DNA of 63,204 nucleotides, the filler included, from Stramenopiles sp. TOSAG23-2 (taxonomy: Eukaryota), in the NCBI GenBank assembly GCA_900128395.1. It is 11 parts of 11 records of this genome, joined end to end, with 100 filler letters (N's around TTAATTAATTAA, not from the genome) between each part and the next. Parts side by side here need not be neighbours in the genome. Positions count along the whole stretch, not along the records: positions 1 to 7,303 come from LT650338.1; positions 7,404 to 14,704 come from LT650339.1; 9 more parts are not named here. One strand, 5' to 3'. The position numbers were made by a program, and so were the translations under genes. Positions 1 through 11,256 of the stretch are shown in pieces; positions within the stretch are counted from its first letter, which is position 1, and the number at the start of each line of letters is the position of its first letter. The notes beneath the pieces are model-generated. The model saw only the letters and a program-made list of their open reading frames with translations. It did no database searches and was not told the origin of the DNA.

Positions 1-1
1 C

Positions 2-3000
2 TTCCACAAGTAATTGATGCGCATTGCGATCACTGGCTAAATTGGAAATGGATAAGCCACAAAATTGAAATGCTTCAACTGTATCAAGGATTCGAGACAA
101 TCTCATAACACAAGTTGCAGCCCCTTCCTCCGCCATTTTTTGCCTGACTGAGGCACCAGGTAAATCATCCTTGGCAAATGATAAATTGCAAAGAGCAACC
201 AGGCAGTGGCGAATAGTATCCGGATTTCCACGTTTTGATATAGCATCCAATGTTGGTACAACTCCAGCTTCTACCATACGCCTTGCATTTGCTTGATGGC
301 ATGATAAATTTCTAAAAACAACTGCTATGCGTTCCATCGATCTTACGTTCTTTAAATCACATAATTCGCACAGTGTATGTGTTGCCCCATCCATTGTCAT
401 TCTATGACTATTTGAATGTGCGGATAAATTGCTCAATGCAACAACACAATCTTGCCTAACGCGTTCATCCCCTCTTAAAATTTCTGAAAGCAAACCTAAG
501 ATACGCACGGCATTACTTTCAACCATCGGTTGAACAGCTTCTATACTACAACTCAAAAGACATAAAATTCTTGTACATAAACTATGTATTAATGGATTTG
601 AATTTTCAATTACAAAACCAACGCCACCTTCTTTTTGTCGTTTAAATTTAATACCAGAAAGACCAATGGTAATTTTGACAGCTCCTTTACTAGCTAGTGT
701 GCCCCTTGCATCTTTTGAAAGTACTAACAGGTAAAGTATTCTTGCACAATGTTCTTTGGTTGTAATTTTTGGAGATACGGACAATTGTACAAGTAATGCC
801 ATGGCGCCACGCTTAACTGATTTCATACGCGTGCGTTCATCTTTTGCTAATGCATATAATGTTGCAGTACAATAACCACTAATTTTCGCCTCGCCTATTT
901 TTGATAATTCTAACATTGCTTCTAAACCACCACCATCTAAAAAGTGCATTCTACATTTTTTATTTAACGAAAATGCACATAAGGCAGATGCACATGCCTC
1001 TTTCGTACCTTCATCTCTAATTTTAGAAAGATTTGTTAAGTGTCGGATTAATGAGGTGGATCCTAATACGGATAATTGATCTTCTGTGGCGAAACAGATA
1101 ATATTTTGCAATGCAAGACCTGATGCAATCTTAACATCTTCCACACCCGTGGAGATTAAATCTAACAAACTTTCAATTGGTCCTGGTCGCAATAATTGAC
1201 GTCTACTACGTTCATAGCGCGACAAATTACACGCTGCTACAGCAAACATATCTCCAGTTTCTTCATCCATTTCACACATTTCATTTAATGCCCATATTAC
1301 ATCTTCCTCTACTGCATATTCAATAGCTTCATCTGAACATAATAAATTAAACAATGCTTTACCACAAGTTTTTTTTGTTAATGGATCTTCGTATGATCGT
1401 ATCAAACCTAACACTATAAGTGCGGATAATGCACCTTGTTTTACCATTTCTATTTCACTAACTGCACTGCATGACAAATTACATAGTGCAGATGCACAAT
1501 CTTGTCTCATTTTCCTATCTTTAGAACTTGATAATGCTATCAATGCTGGTACAGCACCTTCTGCTATAATCCTTGCACGGAGCCTACCTCTTGCTAAATT
1601 AGAAATGGATACTATACATCGTTGCCTGGTTGGAAAATGTGTCCAGTTTGATAATGTAATCAATGACGGCACGGCACCAGCTTGGACTATTTCCTCACTG
1701 CGATCTACCTCACTTGATAAACGACAAATAATTGCACCACAAAGTATACGTACATCTGCATTTCCTGAATTTGACATTTCTAACAATGCCATCAATGCTC
1801 CATCTTGGCTAATAATTCCATTCCTAGCTTTTTTCTCACCGGCAAGGGCAAACATCATCGCACCACAATACCAAACAACATCTGAAACGGGATGTCCACG
1901 CATAACTTCTATTGCCAATGGTACTGCTCCACCATCAATTAATCCTACATGGTTTGCTTTGTTCGTTGATAAATAATACATAGTTTGTGCACATTTTTTA
2001 ACCGTATCTGTATCACCATGATGAATTAAAAAAATTAGCACTTTTGGTGCTCCTTGTTTTACCAATGTATCGCGGCATTCTTTTTGTGCTGATAAATTAC
2101 ACAGTGCAATTGCACATACAATGGTCATCTGGGAATCAGATGGACCAGGTAAATCTTCATTCGCTTTTGCAGTCGTATCTTGTTGCGCTTTTAATAATTG
2201 ATTTTTATCGATTATGGTTGAATGTCTACGTCTTCCAAGCGATTTATCTTTAGCTAATTCAGCTTGCTCTTTTGCTATTCTTTCTGCCTCTTCCTTTTCT
2301 TTAATTTGCTGAGCAAATTGCGCCATTAACCTCAATAACAACGCCGTTGATTCATTCAACTCGTTGAAATTAATTGTACCGGCATTTGCTCGTGAAAGCA
2401 GCAAAGCAAGTGAGAAACAGCTCGTTCTGACGACTGTATCAATTTTTGATTGACATAATCCAATCAATGCTTTTAACGCACCTTCCTCAACGGATCGTTG
2501 AACACAATCATCATCGGATGCCATACATTGCAATGTTTGCGCACATGATTTTTGAACATTGATATCATCAAGTTTAGACCATTCTACAACTTGATTTACG
2601 GCACCTTCATCAAATAGATGTTCTCTACATGGTGCATATAAGGACATATTTGCTAGCGTTGCTACACTTAATGAAAGTGATTTGAAATCTTTATTTTCTA
2701 ATGCCAAAGTTGCTAATTTGATACATATATCGACAACACTTTGTTCCATTAATTTGTGCCTAGCATGTTTATCAGCAGATAATAAGTACATCACTAATGT
2801 ATAATTCATCAATGCATTGTTAGATTTTTCAAAACGCATCATTTCCGAGATCAATCGAACAGCACCTTTTGATGCTAAATGAAAACGATTTGATGGTGTC
2901 AATGACATGCGACATAATGCTCGTAAACATAAATCACGAATAGATTCAGTTTCTGAATTTGCCAATGAGAATACCGATTCAATAACTTCTTCCCCACCTA

Positions 3001-4141
3001 TATGCATTGAGTCATCTGCACATGACAAATTTAGTAATAATCGTGCTAATTGATCAGTAGTCGCACGATGTTGATTACGTATAGATTGCAACGAAGCAAT
3101 TGTCCCTGCCTCTAATATATGCATTTCATTACCACTACAACATGCTAAATTTGCCAATGCAACAGATGCCATATACGTAGTTTGCTGAACTTCTGATTCT
3201 AATAATGTTACTAATGCTTCAATACCATCATCCTCTATCATTTTTTCATGTGTCTCCTCTTGTTGTGATAAAACAAATAAAGTAGTAGCACATATTGAGC
3301 GCAAATGCTCATCCTCATATCCAACAAGCGATGTTATTGCTTTAATACCGCCATCACGTACTACATATGCTCTAATAGCATTATTTTTCGCTAATTCCAT
3401 AATAGCCGTTGCCGCTTTTCGTTTCGATTCCATATTTTTTAATTCAAACTCATCAAAGTCTTCATCTTCTTCCGATTCTTCCCCTTCATCAAAATCAATT
3501 AGATCAGCTGGATCAATTACAACAGTTTCCCTTTTTATCTTGGCTTGTTTCTTCGCTGCAGCAGAGTCTTCTGGTAAAGCTAATCGTGATAAATATAACA
3601 TGCCTTTTGAATAATCACCACGTGTACCGAATCTATCGCCTGTGTATGCTTTTAAACCTTTACGTTTAATTGCGGGTCTATTTGCGGTTATTGGTGGAGT
3701 AGCAACACGTAATTGCCTAATATCTTCCTTCTCTGTTTTTTTAACAATAATTTTTTGTTGCAACCTAGCTACTTTTTCCTCCGTGACTTTATCTTCCACT
3801 TTTCGTGCTTTTTTTTTCTTCTTCTTCGATTTTTTTTCATTTTTTTCTCTAATTTGACGTAAATATTTTTGCCCTTCCGTCTCTTCGTTACTATCTACAT
3901 AAAATGTTCGCGGTGATTTTGGTATATTACGTTGTTGAATGTATCTAAAATTTAATTTAATTAATTGTTTATATATTTCTCTAGTTTCAGGTGCATTTGG
4001 ATCGTTTAGAAGTTCTTGGTTTACAGATAAGGATGATGTTGTTTTGACTTCTGTTGTTTTTTTCGTAGTTTTATGTTTACTACGCCTTCTTTTCTCCGGC
4101 GTAGTCGATGGACGTTTTCCTCCTTTTCTTGATTTATCCAT
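2..4141 (-). CDS. Large armadillo (ARM)-repeat protein, 3'-truncated at window edge (>=1380 aa); absent from the ORF track
   Basis: ATG at 4141 (MDKSRKGGKRPST...). A Lys-rich N-terminus is followed by ARM-type repeats (KRKAATAIMELAKNNAIRAYVVRDGGIKAITSLV; CAIALCNLSAQKECRDTLVKQGAPKVLI; SNLASDRNAHQLLVE). The frame agrees at the start, at ~2050-2350 and at the window edge; not every codon was checked. Confidence 0.85.
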   Translation of the reverse strand, partial: MDKSRKGGKRPSTTPEKRRRSKHKTTKKTTEVKTTSSLSVNQELLNDPNAPETREIYKQLIKLNFRYIQQRNIPKSPRTFYVDSNEETEGQKYLRQIREKNEKKSKKKKKKARKVEDKVTEEKVARLQQKIIVKKTEKEDIRQLRVATPPITANRPAIKRKGLKAYTGDRFGTRGDYSKGMLYLSRLALPEDSAAAKKQAKIKRETVVIDPADLIDFDEGEESEEDEDFDEFELKNMESKRKAATAIMELAKNNAIRAYVVRDGGIKAITSLVGYEDEHLRSICATTLFVLSQQEETHEKMIEDDGIEALVTLLESEVQQTTYMASVALANLACCSGNEMHILEAGTIASLQSIRNQHRATTDQLARLLLNLSCADDSMHIGGEEVIESVFSLANSETESIRDLCLRALCRMSLTPSNRFHLASKGAVRLISEMMRFEKSNNALMNYTLVMYLLSADKHARHKLMEQSVVDICIKLATLALENKDFKSLSLSVATLANMSLYAPCREHLFDEGAVNQVVEWSKLDDINVQKSCAQTLQCMASDDDCVQRSVEEGALKALIGLCQSKIDTVVRTSCFSLALLLSRANAGTINFNELNESTALLLRLMAQFAQQIKEKEEAERIAKEQAELAKDKSLGRRRHSTIIDKNQLLKAQQDTTAKANEDLPGPSDSQMTIVCAIALCNLSAQKECRDTLVKQGAPKVLIFLIHHGDTDTVKKCAQTMYYLSTNKANHVGLIDGGAVPLAIEVMRGHPVSDVVWYCGAMMFALAGEKKARNGIISQDGALMALLEMSNSGNADVRILCGAIICRLSSEVDRSEEIVQAGAVPSLITLSNWTHFPTRQRCIVSISNLARGRLRARIIAEGAVPALIALSSSKDRKMRQDCASALCNLSCSAVSEIEMVKQGALSALIVLGLIRSYEDPLTKKTCGKALFNLLCSDEAIEYAVEEDVIWALNEMCEMDEETGDMFAVAACNLSRYERSRRQLLRPGPIESLLDLISTGVEDVKIASGLALQNIICFATEDQLSVLGSTSLIRHLTNLSKIRDEGTKEACASALCAFSLNKKCRMHFLDGGGLEAMLELSKIGEAKISGYCTATLYALAKDERTRMKSVKRGAMALLVQLSVSPKITTKEHCARILYLLVLSKDARGTLASKGAVKITIGLSGIKFKRQKEGGVGFVIENSNPLIHSLCTRILCLLSCSIEAVQPMVESNAVRILGLLSEILRGDERVRQDCVVALSNLSAHSNSHRMTMDGATHTLCELCDLKNVRSMERIAVVFRNLSCHQANARRMVEAGVVPTLDAISKRGNPDTIRHCLVALCNLSFAKDDLPGASVRQKMAEEGAATCVMRLSRILDTVEAFQFCGLSISNLASDRNAHQLLVE

Positions 4142-4961
4142 TCTTCGCTTTCTTTGGAAAATGATGAATGTTGCGAAGTATATTATGATATATGTGTTTG
4201 TGTGTGTGCGGCGTGTCTGTGTGTGGATTTTACTATCTATAATACATTTATTTGTATGTATTATTATATATGATGATTTATATATAATAGTGGTAGTACA
4301 GTGCTAAAAGATAAAAAGCAACAATAATAATAATACCGGAATAATACTAAAAGCTCAACAGTCTTTTTTTTTTTGTGTGTGAAAATGTTATGTTGTGTTC
4401 TCCTTACCTGTGGTTGTTTGCCAAGTGATGCTATAACGATATAAAAATCTAAGACAATAGTATGTTTATGTTGATATGATCTTAATGCTATTAGTGTCCT
4501 ACAGCGAAGTCCAGACCTAACTAGTGTCGTACCTGGTATACTGTACAAGCGCGGTAAGAAAGGAAAAAAAGGCTGCTGTCAATTTTTTCCAATTATATTT
4601 GCCCCCTATTAGATTAATGGTATTTATATGTACCTCAAGAAACGTTATATAAAATTGATGTCTAAACAACTCCCACATATTAATTATAATCAATATATCA
4701 AGGAAAAGACAAACGGGTTTACAAAATAAAGCCTGTAACACATGACGATAATTTTGGATAAGAACATTTCATTTCATCGTATATTATATATCTTGTTATC
4801 ATATTTATTTTCTGTTTTTCGGTAATATAATATATAGTACTTTTATTATATATATATATGTATATATATATTTGTAAAATTAAAATTATATATAAATAAT
4901 CATAAAATTTTTAATATTTTGGCCTGGAGATTACAAAAAAAAAAAAAAAAACATAACATGG

Positions 4962-5019
4962 NNNNNNNNNNNNNNNNNNNNNNNNNNNNNNNNNNNNNNN
5001 NNNNNNNNNNNNNNNNNNN
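4962..5019. other. Scaffolding gap, probably spurious (flanks overlap)
   Basis: polyA-CATAACATGG occurs immediately before and immediately after the N run. Confidence 0.75.
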
Positions 5020-5043
5020 AAAAAAAAAAAAAAAAAACATAAC

Positions 5044-6813
5044 ATGGCGAAAAAAGAAAGTGAAGAACCAAAATTATCAGAGATACAATTACGTGCTATA
5101 CAATTCATTGATGACTCAGATGTAGAAGTTGAAAATGGTTCATTCGATAATGCGTTAAGTCTATTAGGGAAAGCAGCGTTTTTATGTCCAAATTTTGCTG
5201 CAATATTTTTTAAACGTGCAGAAATATATGCACAGTCCTGTGATTTTAAAAGTGCATTAGTTAATTTTAGGAAAGCATATAATTTAAATCCAGAAGATCA
5301 TGATACAAAGTTTCGATACGCAGCAGCATTAGATGTCCAAGGTCAATTATTTATGGATGCGTCAGATTATGACACTGCTATTATTTATTTTACACAAGCA
5401 ATAGATTTAAATGGTTTAGAAGCTAATTTTTGGTTACATCGTGCACTTAGTTATGTGCAACGAAAACAATGGAGGAAAGCTGTTCGTGATGCGGATCATT
5501 GTATATTATTAAATTCGTCATCTGCTGATATTTATATATTAAGAGCAAAATTGCGTTGGATGATGGGTTCTACTGGTTCTGGTAATGATGATTTTGCATG
5601 TGCGCAACGTTTAGATCCGGAACATCCTGAAGTTAAAATTTATGAAGATATGTTATGGAATAAAGTGGAAGAAGTATATGCAGAAGCATCTGAATGTTTA
5701 TTACGTAAAGATTATCCATCTGCAAAACGTTTATTATCAAATGGATTGGAATTAAATCCAGCTGATATTAAAGTTCGTGTATTACGTGCTGCTACGAATC
5801 GTTTTATGAAATACTACGATGAAGCATTAGCAGATTTAGAACATGCATCGCAAGTGTTTTCTGAACAAAATCAAACGGAACAAGTACATGCAGAAATAGT
5901 TAGGCAACAAAATTTAACATTTAATGATATGGCCGTTGAAAGTTTTAAGAAAAGAAATTTCCATCGTGCGATTACATTATTTAATCGAGTAATTGAATCC
6001 GAAAATTTTGGGAACGTCTCTGCAATTGTTGCTAGGGAAGGTGTTAGCGTAGTAAACATGGCATTTTATCGAAACCGTGGTGATTGTTATAGGCATTGCG
6101 GACAAATACCACAAGCATTAGCTGATTATCATGTTGCATATGATATGAATCCAAATGATTGGGAAATACGAACTCGTTTAGCATTGGTTCATCATATATT
6201 AGGATCTGAATTATATAATAAAAAAAAATATGATGAAGCAGAAATTGAATTTTCAACTGCTATTCAATACAATCCAAAAGTTGGACATTTTTATTTACAT
6301 CGTGGAAATGCATTGTATTTACAACAGAAATTTGAAGATTCATATAACGATTATGAAAAAGCATTGGAGTTAAACCCGCAATTAACGGAAGCTGGGGAGC
6401 GTTTAAATCAATTTAGAAATTTAGAAAAAAGAAAAGAAGTCAAACGACAACGTTCCAAAGAACGTTTATTATTGCCAAAATTAAATAAATCCATGAGTGA
6501 AACATTAATTACAGATCAAACATCCAAACCAATGGTCCCAAAAATGGTACAAATTGCACGTAATCGTGAAATCAAAGCAAATAAATATTTATATAACATA
6601 TGGGAAGTACCAGATACAAGCCATTTATTGAAAGATCCATTATTAACATTAATGGCTAATGGTGGAAAAGGTCCAACTAAATTACGAAATGAACATAAAT
6701 ACAATCCACGTAAAGCAGGGAAGAAAGGAGGAATACCAAAGACTATGAAAAATACGACGATGATGGCTAAAAGTCATTCTACCACTTCCATGTTGCAATC
6801 AAGTAAGAAGTGA
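5044..6813 (+). CDS. TTC16: Tetratricopeptide repeat protein, TTC16-like (589 aa)
   Basis: Tandem TPRs. RAEIYAQSCDFKSALVNFRKAY, RQQNLTFNDMAV, YRNRGDCY and FSTAIQYNPK match my recollection of TTC16 in order and spacing. Confidence 0.75.
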   Translation: MAKKESEEPKLSEIQLRAIQFIDDSDVEVENGSFDNALSLLGKAAFLCPNFAAIFFKRAEIYAQSCDFKSALVNFRKAYNLNPEDHDTKFRYAAALDVQGQLFMDASDYDTAIIYFTQAIDLNGLEANFWLHRALSYVQRKQWRKAVRDADHCILLNSSSADIYILRAKLRWMMGSTGSGNDDFACAQRLDPEHPEVKIYEDMLWNKVEEVYAEASECLLRKDYPSAKRLLSNGLELNPADIKVRVLRAATNRFMKYYDEALADLEHASQVFSEQNQTEQVHAEIVRQQNLTFNDMAVESFKKRNFHRAITLFNRVIESENFGNVSAIVAREGVSVVNMAFYRNRGDCYRHCGQIPQALADYHVAYDMNPNDWEIRTRLALVHHILGSELYNKKKYDEAEIEFSTAIQYNPKVGHFYLHRGNALYLQQKFEDSYNDYEKALELNPQLTEAGERLNQFRNLEKRKEVKRQRSKERLLLPKLNKSMSETLITDQTSKPMVPKMVQIARNREIKANKYLYNIWEVPDTSHLLKDPLLTLMANGGKGPTKLRNEHKYNPRKAGKKGGIPKTMKNTTMMAKSHSTTSMLQSSKK

Positions 6814-6847
6814 ACAGATTTTAAATTTTTTCTAAAGAATATACTCG

Positions 6848-6910
6848 TATGATGGGTTAAAATCTAAGTTATAATAATTTTAGTTCCCGTGGTAAATACT
6901 ACGCTCAATA
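6848..6910 (-). repeat. Dispersed ~65-nt repeat family A, copy 1
   Basis: Reverse complement TATTGAGCGTAGTATTTACCACGGGAACTAAAATTATTATAACTTAGATTTTAACCCATCATA matches 9481-9548 and 53708-53772. Confidence 0.8.
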
Positions 6911-7264
6911 CAAAATATTAATTGATCGTATTATTTTATACGAACGTTCGTACGACGCACGTATTAAATATATTACGAACGTCGTACGAGTCGTATCATA
7001 TAAATATTGATAAAATACGAAACGTAACATTAAAAATGAAAAACATATTATTTTAAAACTTTTACACCACGCACACGTGCACACCTTCGTAAATCACAGA
7101 GATCTTCTTTACCAGGTATAAAATAAATTTATACTCGTCGTATCATCAACAAAAAATTTTATAAATACCAAAAAACGGGCTTCTTCGCGAAAATTGTAAT
7201 TTAGCATATAAATAGCATTACGTGCAAACCGTTGGATGGAGTTTATGCCTTTGTTCTATCCTTT

Positions 7265-7299
<35 letters not shown>

Positions 7300-7303
7300 C
7301 CTG

Positions 7304-7403
7304 NNNNNNNNNNNNNNNNNNNNNNNNNNNNNNNNNNNNNNNNNNNNTTAATTAATTAANNNNNNNNNNNNNNNNNNNNNNNNNNNNNNNNNNNNNNNNN
7401 NNN
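7304..7403. other. Artificial contig linker N44-TTAATTAATTAA-N44
   Basis: Identical 100-nt spacer with stops in all six frames, repeated 10 times in the window. Confidence 0.98.
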
Positions 7404-7802
7404 ATATTTTGACTATATAATTCCATAATTAAAAAATCAAGGTATAGAAATAATGCATTTACTTCCGATAAATATTTTCACCTGAAATCTTGTTTTTGGT
7501 GCTGTGTAGTGCTAAATTTATCGGAAGTAATTAATGGACCGACTGGGAATGCTGGAATGCCCATCAGAATGTGCGAATAGTGCAATATCAGTGCTATCAG
7601 AATACACTGGAATACCTGACCTGGCTGGAATATACTGGAATACCAGAAGAACGAATAATAAATGTAAAACCAATAATGCTGATCGTATATATATATATAT
7701 ATATTAATACATCATGTGTGGCATGCATTTTTATAACTATATTATACCAGGTATATACAACAACAAAAAGGAAGCGTGTATAAATAATATAGTATAAAGA
7801 GG

Positions 7803-9134
7803 ATGAATCGGAAAAGATCTAAAAAAAGTGGGAAAAGAAAAATTACCACGACGGTTTTATTTGGTTTAATTGTGATAGCTTCGCTATGTCTAAGTGGATG
7901 GTATGTTTATCATCAAACTGCAATATCCTTATTGGATTCGAAGAATGATTTGAAAGTTGCTATGGCTAAAGTTGAAATTTTACAAAGTAGAATAAGAGTA
8001 CTCAATGAAAATGCTGTAAGAAATCTTGAACAGAAAACAGTGAATGGAAAACATGACAACAATAAGGATAATGATGATAATAATAAAAATGTAAAACCAA
8101 TACAGCCGCGGCCAATAATTATTCAACCACCACCACCACCGTCACCACAAGAAATTTTGCAGCAACAACAATACAAACAAGAACAATATAAAAAGTTTAG
8201 TAATAGAAAGTGGTTGATTATTGGTATTCCAACTGTGCCGCGAACAAGCGTAGATTATTTGACACCAACAGTTGAGGCAATTTTGCAACAGTTGCCTGAT
8301 AGTATACATGATCCATTTTGGGGACGTGTTCAAGTAGTAGTTTTAAATCAAAGGCCAAATGAACACCGTATATGGGAAATAGTTAGAGATTGGGTTTTGA
8401 AAACTGAAAAGGGTAGAGTTCATTTTAAATTCGTTGAGAATTTGCATCCATATGTAGATGCAACACCAGGTAGGAAAGATCGCGGGGATGCAAATTTTCC
8501 CGGTTATAGAGTGAGACACCAAACAAGAGATGTTGCTTCATTAGTTTTGCATGAGGCGGTAAAAGATAAATCGGAGTATTTTCTATTTATGGAAGATGAT
8601 TTACGATTATGTAATCATGGTTTGACTGCAATCAGATATTTAATTGCAAAGGCTAATTTGTACAATCCTGGTTGGATAGCAATTCGCGTATCGTATGGAA
8701 TGATCGGAATTTTTATGAGAGGTGGAGAGGATTTGACTACGTTTGGGAATTATTTGTTGAAACATCAACGACGTCGCCCACCAGATCATTTAGTGGTAGA
8801 ATGGTTTGCCGGGGAGAAACCAGAAGCTAAAGAATACAAAAATGGTCGACCACATGTTGCATTTAAATATAATTTGTTCGATCATATTGGTGCTAAAAGT
8901 ACTTTGCGTGGAAAACTTTCACCAGCTTACCCAATATGTTACGAGCCATTAATTGAGCCTGTTTTATTCGAGGTGGAAGCTTTTAAGCCAAAATTATGCC
9001 CAAAGAATGATATATGGCCATGTAAGTTAAAAACAAAACCAAGTAGAGAAAAGATGCAAGATGAAATATCAATAGATTTCTCATATTTTTTCAAAAAGAT
9101 TCCACATTATAGACAAGCAAATAAGAATTATTAA
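7803..9134 (+). CDS. Type II membrane glycosyltransferase, MGAT4/GT54-like N-acetylglucosaminyltransferase (443 aa)
   Basis: Basic tail, TM helix and coiled-coil/Pro stem, then [15 protein letters not shown] and YFLFMEDD motifs typical of GT54. Confidence 0.75.
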   Translation: MNRKRSKKSGKRKITTTVLFGLIVIASLCLSGWYVYHQTAISLLDSKNDLKVAMAKVEILQSRIRVLNENAVRNLEQKTVNGKHDNNKDNDDNNKNVKPIQPRPIIIQPPPPPSPQEILQQQQYKQEQYKKFSNRKWLIIGIPTVPRTSVDYLTPTVEAILQQLPDSIHDPFWGRVQVVVLNQRPNEHRIWEIVRDWVLKTEKGRVHFKFVENLHPYVDATPGRKDRGDANFPGYRVRHQTRDVASLVLHEAVKDKSEYFLFMEDDLRLCNHGLTAIRYLIAKANLYNPGWIAIRVSYGMIGIFMRGGEDLTTFGNYLLKHQRRRPPDHLVVEWFAGEKPEAKEYKNGRPHVAFKYNLFDHIGAKSTLRGKLSPAYPICYEPLIEPVLFEVEAFKPKLCPKNDIWPCKLKTKPSREKMQDEISIDFSYFFKKIPHYRQANKNY

Positions 9135-9480
9135 GAGTGTGTGGGTGTGGGTGCGTGCATGTGTGTACATAAAAAAAACGCGTGTGTGGATAATATGAAA
9201 AAACATTTTATTCAGACACAACCAAGTATATATTTTTTTATTTTGCTTTACGTATATTTTAAAAAAGAAAAGTATCTCATGAAATGATATACGAGTATTA
9301 TATTGTTAATAGCTTGCGGCGGCGTATGAGAGCTTTATTAAAATACATATCATGTATATATATAATATATGATTAGTATGATAGGAGTATGGCATTTATA
9401 TTTTTTTTTTATATAAATCCTTTTCTTAGAGTGAGAGGATTAACATATATTATATATAATTATTCCTGAGATTGAGTATC

Positions 9481-9548
9481 TTGAGCGCGCGTAGTATTTT
9501 CCATGGGAAGTAAAATTATTATAACTTTCGATTTTAACCATATCATTA
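9481..9548 (+). repeat. Dispersed repeat family A, copy 2
   Basis: TTGAGCGCGCGTAGTATTTTCCATGGGAAGTAAAATTATTATAACTTTCGATTTTAACCATATCATTA. Confidence 0.8.
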
Positions 9549-9630
9549 TATTTTATTTTATTTCTTCTATGCGTTGTTCATATTGATATGAATATATTAC
9601 GATCCGTATTTTTTTTTATATTTTTATTTA

Positions 9631-10488
9631 CTAAACTTTTAAAATCTTTCTGTAATCATCATCCTCCGAATCATCAATAAAACTATATTTTTGAAAAGGA
9701 TTCGAAAGACGTCGTAATCGCAACTCTGCTTGTCGCTTTGACTCTTCATGATCATTAAATTGACTATATTTACCATACAAATATACTTGTATGATTGCTA
9801 GCACGACACCAGTACCATTTGGCCCATAGATATATTTATTATGTTTTATGATACCATATATCGTCCATAAACCACTTGTTAATAAGTTTGCTAAAATTAT
9901 AGAGCGTGGTAAACTCTTTGCTGATTTTGTTCTAATTACTGTCAAAATGGTAGAAAGTGGAGCGGCGAACTGTGTATATTACATTAATTATTTATTATTT
10001 TAACTGTTAGTAAAAATTAATGACTATAAATTAAAAGCTAGATCTTCGACATGTTAATATAAGTTACTTACCATCAATATACAAACGAAACAACCAATTA
10101 AACCTAATCGATCTATCGCTTCTTTTTCTTCTTCGTCGCTAACGGTTTCCCAAATGATAATAATTAATAAGGAAAACAATATAAATGATGAGGTTAAAAA
10201 CAATATCCGCTTTTTCTCATACAGATAAAATACTCTACAATAATAAAGATTTAACAAAGCACCGATAAAATTGGTGACAAAAAGTGGGAAAATATCAAAA
10301 GACAATAATCCATATGTCGTCCAAAGTGTACTATTGCCCAAAGCAGCAAGAATAGGCCAAAAACTATGTGGTTCCGTCGATTTTGCTTTAGATATATTGC
10401 GTACCATTCCAAACGGTGATAAATACATAAAAACGGATGATAATGTTGCAGCTGCTCGCAATACGAGCATTGGTAAATGTTGATACAT
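9631..10488 (-). CDS. SWEET: SWEET (MtN3/saliva) sugar transporter; exons 10488-10072 and 9969-9631
   Basis: Two MtN3 repeats (FMYLSP...VRNISKAKST; MFAAPLSTILTVIRTKSAKSLP; NKYIYGPNGTG). Intron 9970-10071 has a GTAAGT donor, TACTAAC branch point (10006-10012) and CAG acceptor, and restores the frame. The start codon is uncertain. Confidence 0.9.
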
Positions 10489-10680
10489 ATTTCTTGGGTA
10501 TTCAAGAAGAACCAAATATATATATTCTACATTCCACTGTATTTATACAGTGATATGTACATATATGATGTGTATACATGTACAAATGATATATGTTGTG
10601 TTTGTTATTGTATTTTCTCTTCTTCTTTTTGTTGGAAGAATGCCTTTTATGTTGGTATAGCAGCTGGTTAGTATAGATAG

Positions 10681-10717
10681 TAGAGCTAGCCTAACCCTAA
10701 CCCTAACCCTAGCTCTA
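10681..10717. repeat. Interstitial telomere-type (CCCTAA)~3 tract inside a 9-bp inverted repeat
   Basis: TAGAGCTAG-CCTAACCCTAACCCTAACC-CTAGCTCTA. Confidence 0.8.
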
Positions 10718-11256
10718 GTAGGCCAGTAGGCAAAGGCCAGAAATTAGTGCTATTATTCTAAAGCTATAGGGCTTTTGCACTCGATCACAACATAGAATAT
10801 ACAATAATATACTTATTTAATATAATATTGCCTATATACAATTATTATCGACACCACGACAAAAATGGTGGCGACAAAATTTATTTGTTATTATTCTAGA
10901 ATTATTACAGCTTTTTTTTCTTTTTTCGATCATCAGCTCCAGCTCAGCAATATACTATTATTCTAATAAATACATATAATACTCTTCTTCTATTATAATA
11001 AAAAAATACTACTATTTTTACACACATTATTATAATTATTTATTATATATCATAACACGAAGCAATTTGTATATAGAAACATTCCAGAAATAGTATAAAC
11101 TTCTAATATTTAGCACATAGATTACTATTTAACTTATTACTTCCTTTTGCTCTTTTCATAATAATCAATTTGAAAATATTTGTTATTAACTATAGAAACT
11201 AGACAGACTGCGGCATATAATAACACAAAAATATATCAATCGATAATAAAATAAAA

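Noticed and set aside
1605..4307. Plus-strand ORFs 1605-1976, 2044-2253, 3409-3669, 3642-3857, 3939-4307
   Set aside because: Antisense shadows of the ARM-repeat gene. The same applies to most short ORFs overlapping long genes elsewhere.
4935..5047. Duplicated polyA-CATAACATGG as target-site duplication of an insertion
   Set aside because: It flanks an N gap; best explained by an unresolved homopolymer overlap during scaffolding.
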